DNA of 64,000 nt from Myxococcota bacterium (GTDB taxonomy: Bacteria; Myxococcota_A; UBA9160; UBA4427): assembly GCA_965250285.1 (NCBI GenBank), contig OZ252299.1:6176001-6240000 (forward strand). The letters run 5' to 3'. Shown here one piece after another: positions 55,198-64,000 of this stretch. Both the position numbers and the translations under genes were made by a program. Each line of letters begins with the position of its first letter. Positions within the stretch are counted from its first letter, which is position 1. The notes below the pieces were generated by a model. The model did no database searches, had not been told where the DNA came from, and saw nothing but the letters and a program-made list of their open reading frames with translations.

Positions 55198-56292
55198 ATG
55201 AGTTCCGTCGGATCGAGAGCCGCTGGCGCCGCCGGACGCGTCGCTCGCTCGCCCGACCGACGCTTCCCCGAAATCCACCAGATCACCCTTCCTACGCCCT
55301 GGGAGCGCATTCCGGCGGTGGCCGTCTACCTGATCGAGTCCGAGCCGCTCACGCTGATCGATGCCGGCCTCGACGACGATGCCAGCTTCGCTGCGCTCGA
55401 AGCCGGCCTCGACGAGCTCGGTCACAGCATCGCTGACATCAGGCGCGTCGCGCTCACGCACTATCACGTCGATCGTCTCGGCGGCGTCGGTGCGCTGCGG
55501 CGTCGCGGCGTCGAGCTCGAGCTCTGCGCCCACGCCGAAGCGGTGCCGTCGATCGAGCACTTCACGGTCGAGCGCAGCGAAGACATGGAAGCGGTCGATG
55601 CGCTCTTTCACGACTACGGCGTACCGCGCGACGTGCGGGCCACCTTCGTCTCGCACCGGCGCCGCCGACTCGCGGTGCAGCCGCCCTGGGCCGAGGCCAC
55701 GACGGTCGAGCGGGCCCTGCACGACGGCGACGGCCTCGACTTCAAGGCGTTCTCGCTCGAGGTGATCCACGCCCCGGGCCATACGGCCGGGCACGTGGTC
55801 TTCCACAACCGGGCGTCGGGCAGCCTCGTCTCGGGCGACACGATCATGGACGGCGCCGTGCCGCACACCGAGAACTACTACCTCGACGGCCTGCCCGATC
55901 CGGCCGACCCCGCGCGTCGCCGGCCGCGCTTCAAGGGGCTCGTCGCCTACCGCAATTCGCTGAAGCGCCTCAAGCGCGAGAGCCTCAAGACGATCCTCCC
56001 GGGCTACGGCGGCGTGATCAAGGCGGCCGACCGCGCGATCCGCGACGCACTGCTCTTCTACGACGTGCGCATCCAGCGCATCGAGCGAAGCCTGCGTTCG
56101 GTGACGGCGATGGGCCAATCCGTCACCGCGTACGAGATCTGGCACGGCATGTACCCGAACGACGACGTGCGCACCGAGATGCGCGACAAGCTGCTGATGG
56201 TGATCGGGGCCCTCGACGTGCTCGAAGCCGAGGGGCTGTGCGTGACGCGCCGCCGCGACGACGGTGTGCTCGTCCACCAACACGCCGACTGA
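55198..56292 (+). CDS. MBL-fold hydrolase with an altered metal site
   Basis: LIDAG, THYHVDRLG, HAPGHTAGH, SGD, LPGYG. Confidence 0.85.
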   Translation: MSSVGSRAAGAAGRVARSPDRRFPEIHQITLPTPWERIPAVAVYLIESEPLTLIDAGLDDDASFAALEAGLDELGHSIADIRRVALTHYHVDRLGGVGALRRRGVELELCAHAEAVPSIEHFTVERSEDMEAVDALFHDYGVPRDVRATFVSHRRRRLAVQPPWAEATTVERALHDGDGLDFKAFSLEVIHAPGHTAGHVVFHNRASGSLVSGDTIMDGAVPHTENYYLDGLPDPADPARRRPRFKGLVAYRNSLKRLKRESLKTILPGYGGVIKAADRAIRDALLFYDVRIQRIERSLRSVTAMGQSVTAYEIWHGMYPNDDVRTEMRDKLLMVIGALDVLEAEGLCVTRRRDDGVLVHQHAD

Positions 56293-56317
56293 GGGCGCGG
56301 CCCCTGGGCGCCCCCGC

Positions 56318-57838
56318 TCAGCGAGAGAGCAGGTAGACCGCCACCGCCCGTCGTCCGGCGTCATCGAGATCGGGCATCGGCATGGGCGACGGCGGCGTCG
56401 CGAGCAGTGCCTCGAGGTCGCTCAGGCCGTAGCGCGTCGCCAGGCCGTCGAGCGGCTTCACCACGACCCCCTCGCCTGCGAGCTCGACCTCGTGGCAGAC
56501 CCCGCACTGGTTCTCCATGTAGAGCGCTTCGCCGCTGGCCGCGAGCCGGGCGCGCTCCGGGGCCGCGAGGTCGGCGAGCGGATCGGTCTCGGCGGCCGCC
56601 ATCGCGTCGCCGCCGGGCGACGCCGCGCCCTGGCCGTCCCGGCTCACCCGCCAGATCACGTTGGCGTAGTCGTCGCTCACGTAGATGGCGCCGTCGGGCC
56701 CCTGTGCGATGTCGACGGGCCGACCGATCACGTCCTCGTCTTCGAGGAAGCCCGTGAGGAAGTCGCGTTCGGTGATCGTGCCGTCGGGCAGGAAGTGCAG
56801 CGAGACGACCTTGTAGCCATCCTTCCGGCTGCGGTTCCATGAGCCGTGCAGCGCCGCGATCGCGACGTCGCCGTCTGCGGTCAGCGGGCCGAGCCCCTCG
56901 ACGAAGGCGATCCCGAGCGGCGCGTTGTGGGCGCGAAACGCGTGCACGGGGGGGATCGCCGCCGCGACCTTGGCCGGATCGCGATCGCCGAAATCGGGGT
57001 CGGGGTCGTTCATGCCGTTCACGAAGGGCCAGCCGTAGAAGCCGCCCTCGACGATCAGGTTGAGCTCGCACGGGGGGTAGTTATCGCCGAGCAGGTCGCG
57101 GCCGTTGTCGGTGCCGTAGATCTCGCCCGTCGACGGTCGCCAGTCGAAGCCGACGGTGTTGCGCAGGCCCGACGCGAAGGTCGTCTCGTTCGATCCGTCG
57201 AGGTCGAAGCGCAGCATCGCGGCGCGACGCTCGGGCTCGTCTTCGAGGCAGACGTTGCAGCTCGAGCCGACGGTCACGTAGATCTTCTCATCGGGACCGA
57301 CTCGGATCGTGCGGGTCCAGTGGTTCTTGCCGGCGGGCAGATCGTCGACCAGGCGCTCGTAGGCGCCGCCCAGCCCGGCCTGGCCGCCTTCGCCGCCCGA
57401 GCCAGGCTCGAAGGCCACGCGCCCGAAGCCGTCGGTCTCGGCCACGTACAGCCAGCCGTCGTGGATCTCCATGCCGTGGGGGCGGTTCAGGCCCTCCATC
57501 AATACGCGCTGGCCGTCCGACCGGCCGTCGCCGCTTCGGTCGGCCTCGAGCAGCACCACCTGGCCGGCGCGGGGCCGCGTCACGAGCAGATCACCGGCCT
57601 CGGTGAACCTGAGCCCGCGGGCGCCCTTCACGTCGGTCGCCCAGAGGCCCACGCTGAAGCCCTCGGGCACCCGCATCCGATCGCTCACCTGCGCCGCGGC
57701 AGGGGTCTCGGCGCCGTCGCCCCCGAACATCATGTGCATCACCGGCGCGTTCACGGCGAAGCGCTCGGGCAGCAGATAGCGACAGGCGCCGACGAAGAGG
57801 AGGGCGCTGAGAGCGACGACGATCAGGATGCGACGCAT
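56318..57838 (-). CDS. PQQ-dependent sugar/sorbosone dehydrogenase with C-terminal cytochrome c
   Basis: NHWTRTI, VGSSCNVC, GLRNTVG, NGRDLLGD, HGSWNRS, GRPVDI; C-terminal CGVCH heme motif. Confidence 0.88.
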   Translation of the reverse strand: MRRILIVVALSALLFVGACRYLLPERFAVNAPVMHMMFGGDGAETPAAAQVSDRMRVPEGFSVGLWATDVKGARGLRFTEAGDLLVTRPRAGQVVLLEADRSGDGRSDGQRVLMEGLNRPHGMEIHDGWLYVAETDGFGRVAFEPGSGGEGGQAGLGGAYERLVDDLPAGKNHWTRTIRVGPDEKIYVTVGSSCNVCLEDEPERRAAMLRFDLDGSNETTFASGLRNTVGFDWRPSTGEIYGTDNGRDLLGDNYPPCELNLIVEGGFYGWPFVNGMNDPDPDFGDRDPAKVAAAIPPVHAFRAHNAPLGIAFVEGLGPLTADGDVAIAALHGSWNRSRKDGYKVVSLHFLPDGTITERDFLTGFLEDEDVIGRPVDIAQGPDGAIYVSDDYANVIWRVSRDGQGAASPGGDAMAAAETDPLADLAAPERARLAASGEALYMENQCGVCHEVELAGEGVVVKPLDGLATRYGLSDLEALLATPPSPMPMPDLDDAGRRAVAVYLLSR

Positions 57839-58098
57839 GAATCCCCCTGGGGCAAGGCGCCCCCGCAGTGCTCGGATGCCGCCTGCCCCGTCGAGTGATC
57901 GCAGGCGCCTCGGTGGCCCGCTTCCGGGTGCTGCGCCCGACGAAATTCCCGTTTCGCGGTCTTGACTTGGAGCCCCAACTGGCGGATACCTAGCGGCCCG
58001 ATTTTCTCCGCGCCGGGCCCCATCGCCCCGAGCGCGCGGAGGGGCGCTCGCGCGGGTGGGCCATCGTCGCCCGCAGCCCCCTCGGAGGCAACAGTACG

Positions 58099-58425
58099 AT
58101 GAACAAGATTCGCAAGGGTGACCTCGTGCAGGTCATCTCGGGAGCCGACCGTGGCAAGCAAGGCCGCGTGATCGCGCTCGATCCCAACAAGGGCCGCATT
58201 CGCGTCGAGAAGGTGCGGATGCAGAAGCGCCACCTCAAGCCGGGCCGCCGCGGTGCCGCGCAGGGCGGCATCATCGAGGACGAGGGCTTCATCGAGCTCT
58301 CGAACGTGATGCTCGTGAACCCGTCCGACGGCCAGCCGTCGCGGGTGCGCATCGAGGATCGCGACGGTGAGCGCGTGCGTGTGTTTGCGCGCGACGGCGA
58401 GCCGGTCCCCGAACCCGTTCAGTAA
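58099..58425 (+). CDS. rplX: 50S ribosomal protein L24
   Basis: KIRKGDLVQVISGADRGKQGRV (KOW), GGIIEDEGFIELSNVMLV; GGAGG RBS. Confidence 0.93.
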   Translation: MNKIRKGDLVQVISGADRGKQGRVIALDPNKGRIRVEKVRMQKRHLKPGRRGAAQGGIIEDEGFIELSNVMLVNPSDGQPSRVRIEDRDGERVRVFARDGEPVPEPVQ

Positions 58426-58505
58426 CGATCTGACCCCCTCGAGCCCGGCGTCGCGCCGGGCCGACCCGGGTGGAGGCGGCTTCGGCCGCAGCGAGGAGCC
58501 ACGCC

Positions 58506-58676
58506 ATGGCCAAGAAGGGCAAGCGCGAGAAGATCAAGCTCGAGTCGACCGCCGGCACCGGCCACTTCTACACCACGTCGAAGAACCGGACGAACACGCC
58601 GAACAAGCTCGAGTTCAAGAAGTACGACCCCGTCGCCCGCAAGCACGTGGTCTACAAGGAGACCAAGCTCAAGTAG
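58506..58676 (+). CDS. rpmG: 50S ribosomal protein L33 (Cys-free form)
   Basis: [27 protein letters not shown]...[27 protein letters not shown]. Confidence 0.96.
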   Translation: MAKKGKREKIKLESTAGTGHFYTTSKNRTNTPNKLEFKKYDPVARKHVVYKETKLK

Positions 58677-58685
58677 CCGTCCGGT

Positions 58686-58733
58686 CGACCCGAAACGGGA
58701 CCGGCCCGAAACGGGTCCGACCCGATTCGGGCG
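58686..58733. repeat. Three tandem 16-bp units, each containing CCCG-N3-CGGG
   Basis: CGACCCGAAACGGGAC / CGGCCCGAAACGGGTC / CGACCCGATTCGGGCG. Confidence 0.75.
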
Positions 58734-58877
58734 GATGGCGAGGGCGTGGTTTCGACCCTAACGTTCTCTGCAAGCGGCCTCGGGCCGCGTGGAAGCTGAA
58801 CCTGTGACCGGCTCGAACCCGACTCCGAGCGAGCGGCCTGAGAGCGAACGGCGAAGAGAGAAACAGAGGGAGTTTCG

Positions 58878-59231
58878 ATGGCCTGGGTGATCACGAGCTT
58901 GTGCCAGGAAAAGGTGGACATGGCCTGCGTCGAGGTCTGTCCCGTCGACTGCATCATCCAGTACACCGGGGACGACAAAGACACGTTCCCGAACCAGCTC
59001 TACATCGACCCCGATGAGTGCATCAACTGCGGCGTCTGCGAGCCCGAGTGCCCGTGGGAGGCGATCTTCGAGGACGAGCAGGTCCCCGAGGTGTTCGCGG
59101 CGACCGTCGAGCTCAACGCGAAGGTCACCGAGATTCGCGATCAGTTCGAGGTGCCCGAGCGCGCCGACGTCGACGCGCCCTCGCCCGAAGACGTCAAGGC
59201 GAACAAGGAGAAGTGGGGCTACGACGGCTGA
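58878..59231 (+). CDS. Ferredoxin (FdxA-like 3Fe-4S/4Fe-4S dicluster)
   Basis: [18 protein letters not shown] and [23 protein letters not shown]. Confidence 0.93.
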   Translation: MAWVITSLCQEKVDMACVEVCPVDCIIQYTGDDKDTFPNQLYIDPDECINCGVCEPECPWEAIFEDEQVPEVFAATVELNAKVTEIRDQFEVPERADVDAPSPEDVKANKEKWGYDG

Positions 59232-59278
59232 GCCGACGCCCCACTTGTCGCGCCCTCGATGCCGGGCGCAACGATCTT

Positions 59279-59317
59279 CCGCGCGGTCCCCTCACGGTGA
59301 CCGCGCGGTTTTCGTTT
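59279..59317 (+). terminator. Intrinsic terminator after the ferredoxin gene
   Basis: CCGCGCGGTC...GACCGCGCGG 10-bp stem followed by TTTTCGTTT. Confidence 0.75.
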
Positions 59318-60012
59318 CAGGGCCCGGATCGCCGACGCGGCCGCGATCGCGCGATCGCGAAGAGCCCTGCGCCGAGCAGGGCGGCGGTGCTGGGTTCGGG
59401 GATGACGGTGACGAGCGTGTCGCCGACGGTGGCGACCTGGTCTTCGATGTCTTCGAGCATCAGTGGATCGCCTGAGCCGATGACGAAGGCGTTCCCGGCG
59501 AACTGCAGACCGATGTCGAACATGAAGCTCCCCTCCCGGGTCGCCGTGAACGTCATGGTGCTCAGATACGCGTTCGTCGCCGTCGCGCGCGTGACGACGT
59601 CTTCGAGGATTCGCGATGAGACGAAGCCGGTCGCGACGTTCGGAGGCCCCGTGCCGGCCCAGATGGGCGGCGGATCGCAGCAGAAGTCACTGACGTCTGA
59701 TTCCAGCCACACGTCGGGATTGCCCACGCCGCCGCCCGGCGAATAGAGCACGTAGCTGGCTGCGCCCGAGAGTTCGGGTGCGTAGTCGAAGGCGCTCGGT
59801 TCGTAGCCGAGACCCACCTGAAACGCCCAGATCCCAGATTCGCCCTGGGTGTCGAGGAAGAGGTCGAAGCTGACCGGTTCTCCGATCGCGATGGTGGTCG
59901 ACGTCGTTGGGACGAGTCGCAGCTCGAACGCTGCAGCGTGGTGGGCGCAGACCAGAATGACTGCGAGCGCCACGGCGGGCAATGCGTTGAGCCTCATCGA
60001 GGGAGTTCGCAT
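59317..60012 (-). CDS. PEP-CTERM sorting-domain protein (paralog 2)
   Basis: Signal peptide; C-terminal VIPEPSTAALLGAGLFAIARSRPRRR; GGAGG RBS before ATG 60012. Confidence 0.88.
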   Translation of the reverse strand: MRTPSMRLNALPAVALAVILVCAHHAAAFELRLVPTTSTTIAIGEPVSFDLFLDTQGESGIWAFQVGLGYEPSAFDYAPELSGAASYVLYSPGGGVGNPDVWLESDVSDFCCDPPPIWAGTGPPNVATGFVSSRILEDVVTRATATNAYLSTMTFTATREGSFMFDIGLQFAGNAFVIGSGDPLMLEDIEDQVATVGDTLVTVIPEPSTAALLGAGLFAIARSRPRRRSGP

Positions 60013-60037
60013 CGTGCGGCCTCCGGGTTGATCGAGT

Positions 60038-60739
60038 TCAGCAGGTGCGGGCCTCACGCCAGCGCCGTCGCCCCAGGGCGTAGAGCCCGGCCCCGAGGAG
60101 GGCGGCGGTCCCCGGCTCCGGGATCACGGTGACGAGCGTACTGCCGACGGTCGAGACGCTCGACGTCACGTCTCGGGTCGTCGTCTCTCCGGGCGCCGGA
60201 GTGAGAAAAAAGCCGCTCCCACCAAAGTCGAGGGAGAGGTCGAACGCATAGTCGCCGGGCGTCGTTGCCTCGAACGTCATCGTGCTGATGAGCGTGTTCG
60301 TCGCGGTCGCGGTCGACCCGAGCCCGCCGATGATCTGGTTGGACACGAAGACCGTGATCACGTTGGGCGGCCCGTATCCATTCCAGATCTCGGGCGGGTC
60401 GCAGCAGCCGGCCGGGTCGCCTCCAGGGGTCGACGTGAGCCAGACCGCGGGTGATCCGGGGCCACCCGACGGGGTGTAGAGGATGTAGTCCGTCGCATCG
60501 GAGAAGTCGGGTCGGTAGACGAAGCCGGTCTGGTCGTATCCGAGACCGACCTGGAAGCCCAGGATCTCGGACTCGCCCTGCGTGTCGAGAAAGAGATCGA
60601 AACTGACGGCATCGCCGACTTCCACCGTCGTCGAGGTCGTCGGAACCAGCCGAAGCTCATACGCCGAGGCGTGGGTTGCGATCAGAAGTGTCAGTGCGAG
60701 AGCGGCCACCGCCGCGCGGACGTACGAATGCAGCATCAT
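60038..60739 (-). CDS. PEP-CTERM sorting-domain protein (paralog 1)
   Basis: Signal peptide ending THASA; C-terminal VIPEPGTAALLGAGLYALGRRR; GGGAGG RBS. Confidence 0.88.
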   Translation of the reverse strand: MMLHSYVRAAVAALALTLLIATHASAYELRLVPTTSTTVEVGDAVSFDLFLDTQGESEILGFQVGLGYDQTGFVYRPDFSDATDYILYTPSGGPGSPAVWLTSTPGGDPAGCCDPPEIWNGYGPPNVITVFVSNQIIGGLGSTATATNTLISTMTFEATTPGDYAFDLSLDFGGSGFFLTPAPGETTTRDVTSSVSTVGSTLVTVIPEPGTAALLGAGLYALGRRRWREARTC

Positions 60740-60822
60740 GAATCCTCCCCAGGATGCTTCGATTCTGCACGTTCGGTTCGATCGGTGTAAAGCGAATCCG
60801 CGACGTTCGAGTGAAGTCGCGC

Positions 60823-61641
60823 TCAGCCGGCCGCGTCGAATGCGTCGGCCATGACATCGGTCGGCGCCGACCTATCGGCCCAGGCTTCGAGCTGAAGCGC
60901 GCCCTGGTAGACGAGCATCCACTTGCCCCCCACGACGTGGGCACCGGCGGCGTCGGCCTCTCGCAGCAGCCGTGTCATCGGAGGGTCGTAGACCGCGTCC
61001 ATCACCACCGAGCCCGCGCGCAGCGCCGACGCCGGCACCGGCGATGCGTCGCTCTTGAGCCCGACGCTCGTCGTGTTGACGAGGATGTCGTGTTCGAAGT
61101 CGGCCAGCGCTTCGAGCGGACCCGACTCGGCACCGAATGCGCGGGCCAGCTCATCGGCGCGTGCGACCGTGCGATTCAAGACGGTCACGCGCGCGCCCGC
61201 CCGGCCGAGGCCGTAGACGAGGGCGCGCGCTGCCCCGCCCGCGCCGAGCACGACGGCGCGCTGGCCGCGCAGCTCGCCGGCGCGCTCGAGCGCGCGAATC
61301 GCGCCCGGGCAGTCGGTGTTCGACCCGATCAGGCGATCGCCGTCGCGGACCACGGTGTTCACGGCCCCGATGCGCCGCGCCGTCTCGTCGACGTCGTCGA
61401 GCAGCGCGAGGATCGACTCCTTGTGCGGGATCGAGACCGAGAGCTGGCGAATGCCCGCATCGCGCAGGGCCGCGAGCTTCGCTTCGAGGCCATCGGGGGG
61501 GACGTCCCAGACCTCGTAGCGCGCGTCGAGCCCGAGCGCGGCGTAGGCGGCGGTGTGCATCGCGGGCGAGCGCGTGTGGCCCGCAGGATGCAGCACGATG
61601 CCGCAGAGGGCGGGGCCGCTGTCGGCTTGGGCGTCGGGCAT
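60823..61641 (-). CDS. aroE: Shikimate dehydrogenase
   Basis: HTRSPAMH, SVSIPHKE, IGAVNTV, NTDCPG, LGAGGAARA, NTTSVG, DAVYDP, MLVYQGA; start at ATG 61641. Confidence 0.93.
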   Translation of the reverse strand: MPDAQADSGPALCGIVLHPAGHTRSPAMHTAAYAALGLDARYEVWDVPPDGLEAKLAALRDAGIRQLSVSIPHKESILALLDDVDETARRIGAVNTVVRDGDRLIGSNTDCPGAIRALERAGELRGQRAVVLGAGGAARALVYGLGRAGARVTVLNRTVARADELARAFGAESGPLEALADFEHDILVNTTSVGLKSDASPVPASALRAGSVVMDAVYDPPMTRLLREADAAGAHVVGGKWMLVYQGALQLEAWADRSAPTDVMADAFDAAG

Positions 61642-61939
61642 GGGACTCCGGGCGATCGGGTCGGTGCAGGGGGCGGCGCAAGCGCGTGCGGCGCTCGAAC
61701 GTAGCGCGGGCAGACCCGTGAATTGGCGAGTGCCGCCCGGCTGGCTCGCTGCGGTCGCGTTCCAGACGGACGGCTCCATGCGTCGCAGGCGAAGCGCACC
61801 CGGTGCCCGTTGCCCAACCGTGATCCCCCGAGTTGCCGGTGGGCTGCGTGCGCGAGAGCCCTCAAGACGGGGCCTCGTCCCCTCGATGTGAACCAAGAGG
61901 CCGCCCCCTTCTCCCCCCGGCCTCAGGAGACGCACGCCC

Positions 61940-63163
61940 ATGCGCGTTCTCGTGGCCGTCGAGGGCACCCGCGGCGACGTTCACCCGATGCTCACCCTCG
62001 CGGCCTCGCTCGAGTCGGCGGGGCATCGCGTCGCGTTCTGCGCGCCCGAAGACGCCGGCCCCGACGTGCGCGCCCGCGGCTTCGACTTCACCTCGACGGG
62101 CGAGGACATCCAGGCGTTCCTCACCACGAACGCCGACGCGCTCCACACCCGCGGACCGCGCTTCTTCGCCGCGGTCAACGAGTGGACCGACCGCTCGATC
62201 GTCTCGCAGTTTCGCGTGGTGAGCGATCTCGCGACCGAGGCCGACTTCGTGATCGCCGCAGGCACGATGATGGCCGCGTCGTCGGCCGCCGAGCTGCGCG
62301 GTGTGCCGTATCGCTACGTGCTCTTCACGCCCGCGATGTTGCCGAGCGTGACGCACTCGCCGGCGCTGCTGCCGTGGCAGTCGTCGCGGCCTTGGGTGAA
62401 TCGACTGCTCTGGTGGTGCCTGCCCCACCTCGCGCGCTTCGGCGTCGGGCGGGTCGTGAATCGACAGCGGCGCGAGATCGGCCTCGACCCGATGCGCGAT
62501 GCGGTGCGCGAGCTGCTCTCGCCGCGTCCGATCCTCGCGACCGACGACGTGCTGACGCCCGGGCCCGCCGACAGCCCGATCCCGTTCGAGCAGATGCGTT
62601 GCTTCCATCCCCATACCCCGGGGCCCTTGCCCGCGAAGCTCGAGGCGTTTCTCGCCGCGGGCGAGCCGCCGGTCTACTTCGGCTTCGGCAGCATGACCGA
62701 CCCGCAGCCCTACGAGACGACGGAGTGCCTGCTCGAGACCGTCGACGCGCTCGGCGTGCGCGCCGTCGTCTCGAAGGGCTGGGCCGGGCTCGGAGAGACG
62801 AGCGTGCCCGAGGGCGTGTTCGTGACCGGGCCCGTGCCGCACGCCAGCCTCTTCGCTCGGTGCAGCGCCATCGTGCATCACGGCGGGTCGGGCACGACGC
62901 ATACGGCCGCGCGCGCCGGTGTGCCGCAGGTCGTCGTGCCCCACGTGCTCGATCAGTTCTACTTCGAGCGTCGCCTGAATGCGCTCGGCGTCGCACCGCC
63001 GGGCATCCCGCGCTGGCAGCTCACGACCCAGCGGCTGGTCGAGACCCTGCGGGCCGTGCTCGACGCCGAGATCGTCGGTGAGCGTGCGCGCGAGCTGGGG
63101 GAGCGGCTGGCGGCGCTGGGCGCCACGCAGCCCGACGCCGAGCGGGTCTTGCAGGGGGCGTAG
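61940..63163 (+). CDS. GT1-family glycosyltransferase (sterol/natural-product type)
   Basis: GTRGDVHP, VYFGFGSM, VPHASLF, HHGGSGTT, PHVLDQ. Confidence 0.9.
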   Translation: MRVLVAVEGTRGDVHPMLTLAASLESAGHRVAFCAPEDAGPDVRARGFDFTSTGEDIQAFLTTNADALHTRGPRFFAAVNEWTDRSIVSQFRVVSDLATEADFVIAAGTMMAASSAAELRGVPYRYVLFTPAMLPSVTHSPALLPWQSSRPWVNRLLWWCLPHLARFGVGRVVNRQRREIGLDPMRDAVRELLSPRPILATDDVLTPGPADSPIPFEQMRCFHPHTPGPLPAKLEAFLAAGEPPVYFGFGSMTDPQPYETTECLLETVDALGVRAVVSKGWAGLGETSVPEGVFVTGPVPHASLFARCSAIVHHGGSGTTHTAARAGVPQVVVPHVLDQFYFERRLNALGVAPPGIPRWQLTTQRLVETLRAVLDAEIVGERARELGERLAALGATQPDAERVLQGA

Positions 63164-63174
63164 CGCGTCGTCGC

Positions 63175-64000
63175 TCAGCTCGACTCGACGCGTGCGAGGA
63201 CGGCCTTGAGGTCGTCCCACACGGCGCGGCGGTTTTCGGGCGTGTACTGGCGCAGCACGTAGGCCGGGTGCAGGGTCGGCATCAGCGGAATGCCCTGGTA
63301 ATCGTGCCAGGTGCCGCGGATGCGCGTGATCGCGACTTCGCGCCCGAGCAAGAGACCCGCGGCGGGCTTGCCGAGAGCGACGATCACCTTCGGGTTCACG
63401 GCCTCGATCTGCCCATCGAGGAACGGTCGACACGCAGCGACCTCGTCGGGCAGCGGCGTGCGGTTTCGCGGCGGTCGGCACTTCACGATGTTGCAGATGT
63501 AGACGTCGCTGCGCGCGAGCCCCATGCCCTTCTCGATCATCTGCGTGAGCAGCTCGCCGGCGCGGCCGACGAAGGGCAGGCCCTGCTCATCTTCGCTCTG
63601 GCCGGGGCCCTCGCCGACGAACAGGATGTCGGCGTGCGGGTCGCCGTCGCCGAAGACGATGTGCTGGCGGCCGTTGTGGAGCCCGCATCGCGTGCAGTCG
63701 CCGAGCTCGGCGCGCACCTGTTCGAGGGTGAGGCGGGCGTTGCTCGGAGCCGGCGGCTCGGCCTCGCTCGCAACGGGCGGCGCACCGACTTCGGCGTCGC
63801 GCGACGGGCGCTGTTCTCGCGTCGTCATCGGCGTTGCCGCTGATTCGACGGGCGTGTCCTGGCTCGGGGCCGGGGCCGCCGACTCGGGCGCCTCCATCGG
63901 CGCTGCGGTCGAGGCGCGCGCGGCGTCGCGGTCGAACGACTCGATGCCTTCTTCGGCCCATTCGGCCACGACCGCGCGCGCGGCGGCGATCACGTCGCGG
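63175..64000 (-). CDS. Uracil-DNA glycosylase family 4 (5' end probably beyond the window)
   Basis: CTRCGL, VGEGPGQSEDEQGLPFVGRAG, NIVKCRPPRNRTP, PTLHPAYVLR. Confidence 0.92.
   Translation of the reverse strand, partial: RDVIAAARAVVAEWAEEGIESFDRDAARASTAAPMEAPESAAPAPSQDTPVESAATPMTTREQRPSRDAEVGAPPVASEAEPPAPSNARLTLEQVRAELGDCTRCGLHNGRQHIVFGDGDPHADILFVGEGPGQSEDEQGLPFVGRAGELLTQMIEKGMGLARSDVYICNIVKCRPPRNRTPLPDEVAACRPFLDGQIEAVNPKVIVALGKPAAGLLLGREVAITRIRGTWHDYQGIPLMPTLHPAYVLRQYTPENRRAVWDDLKAVLARVESS

Noticed and set aside
57962..57992. Sigma70 promoter for rplX
   Set aside because: A good -35 (TTGACT) but no convincing TANNNT at 16-18 bp spacing
58760..58850. TPP riboswitch or 6S RNA in the rpmG-ferredoxin gap
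   Set aside because: GAACCTG and CTGAGA occur in the wrong order for TPP and no long 6S-like rod is evident; kept only as an unassigned structure

Overview
High-GC window from a Gram-negative (diderm) bacterium; a Myxococcota/deltaproteobacterial affinity is my inference, not a verified assignment. The left part is housekeeping: gltB-gltD, zapB-like/zapA/5-formyl-THF cyclo-ligase, tyrS, and a complete rrn operon (16S-tRNA-Ile-tRNA-Ala-23S-5S) closed by four tandem terminator hairpins. The centre (about 19-44 kb) is the most notable part. It starts with a nine-gene operon resembling the Agl-Glt core (three TPR proteins, two small exported proteins, a TolQ/ExbB protein, two ExbD/TolR proteins and a TonB-like AgmX/PglI protein). 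A clear c-di-GMP-I riboswitch follows, then a single ~5,080-aa protein with a signal peptide, ~13-14 DUF11/isopeptide-type Ig repeats, SdrD-B-like domains, 3-4 OmpA-like domains and a ~900-aa C-terminal outer-membrane beta-barrel-like region. I propose this is a candidate proton-motive-force-energised, c-di-GMP-controlled surface-display/secretion system. A DevBCA-type exporter with a DevA-TerB fusion comes next. The right part holds metabolic genes (Zn-dehydrogenase, VOC, HAD, WS/DGAT with a sigma54 promoter, LLM oxidoreductase, degenerate MBL, PQQ dehydrogenase-cytochrome c), an rplX displaced from the spc operon next to rpmG, a ferredoxin, two tandem PEP-CTERM paralogs, aroE, a GT1 glycosyltransferase and a 5'-truncated family-4 UDG. 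No CRISPR array, transposase or integrase was seen. All family calls are by motif recognition; no searches were run.
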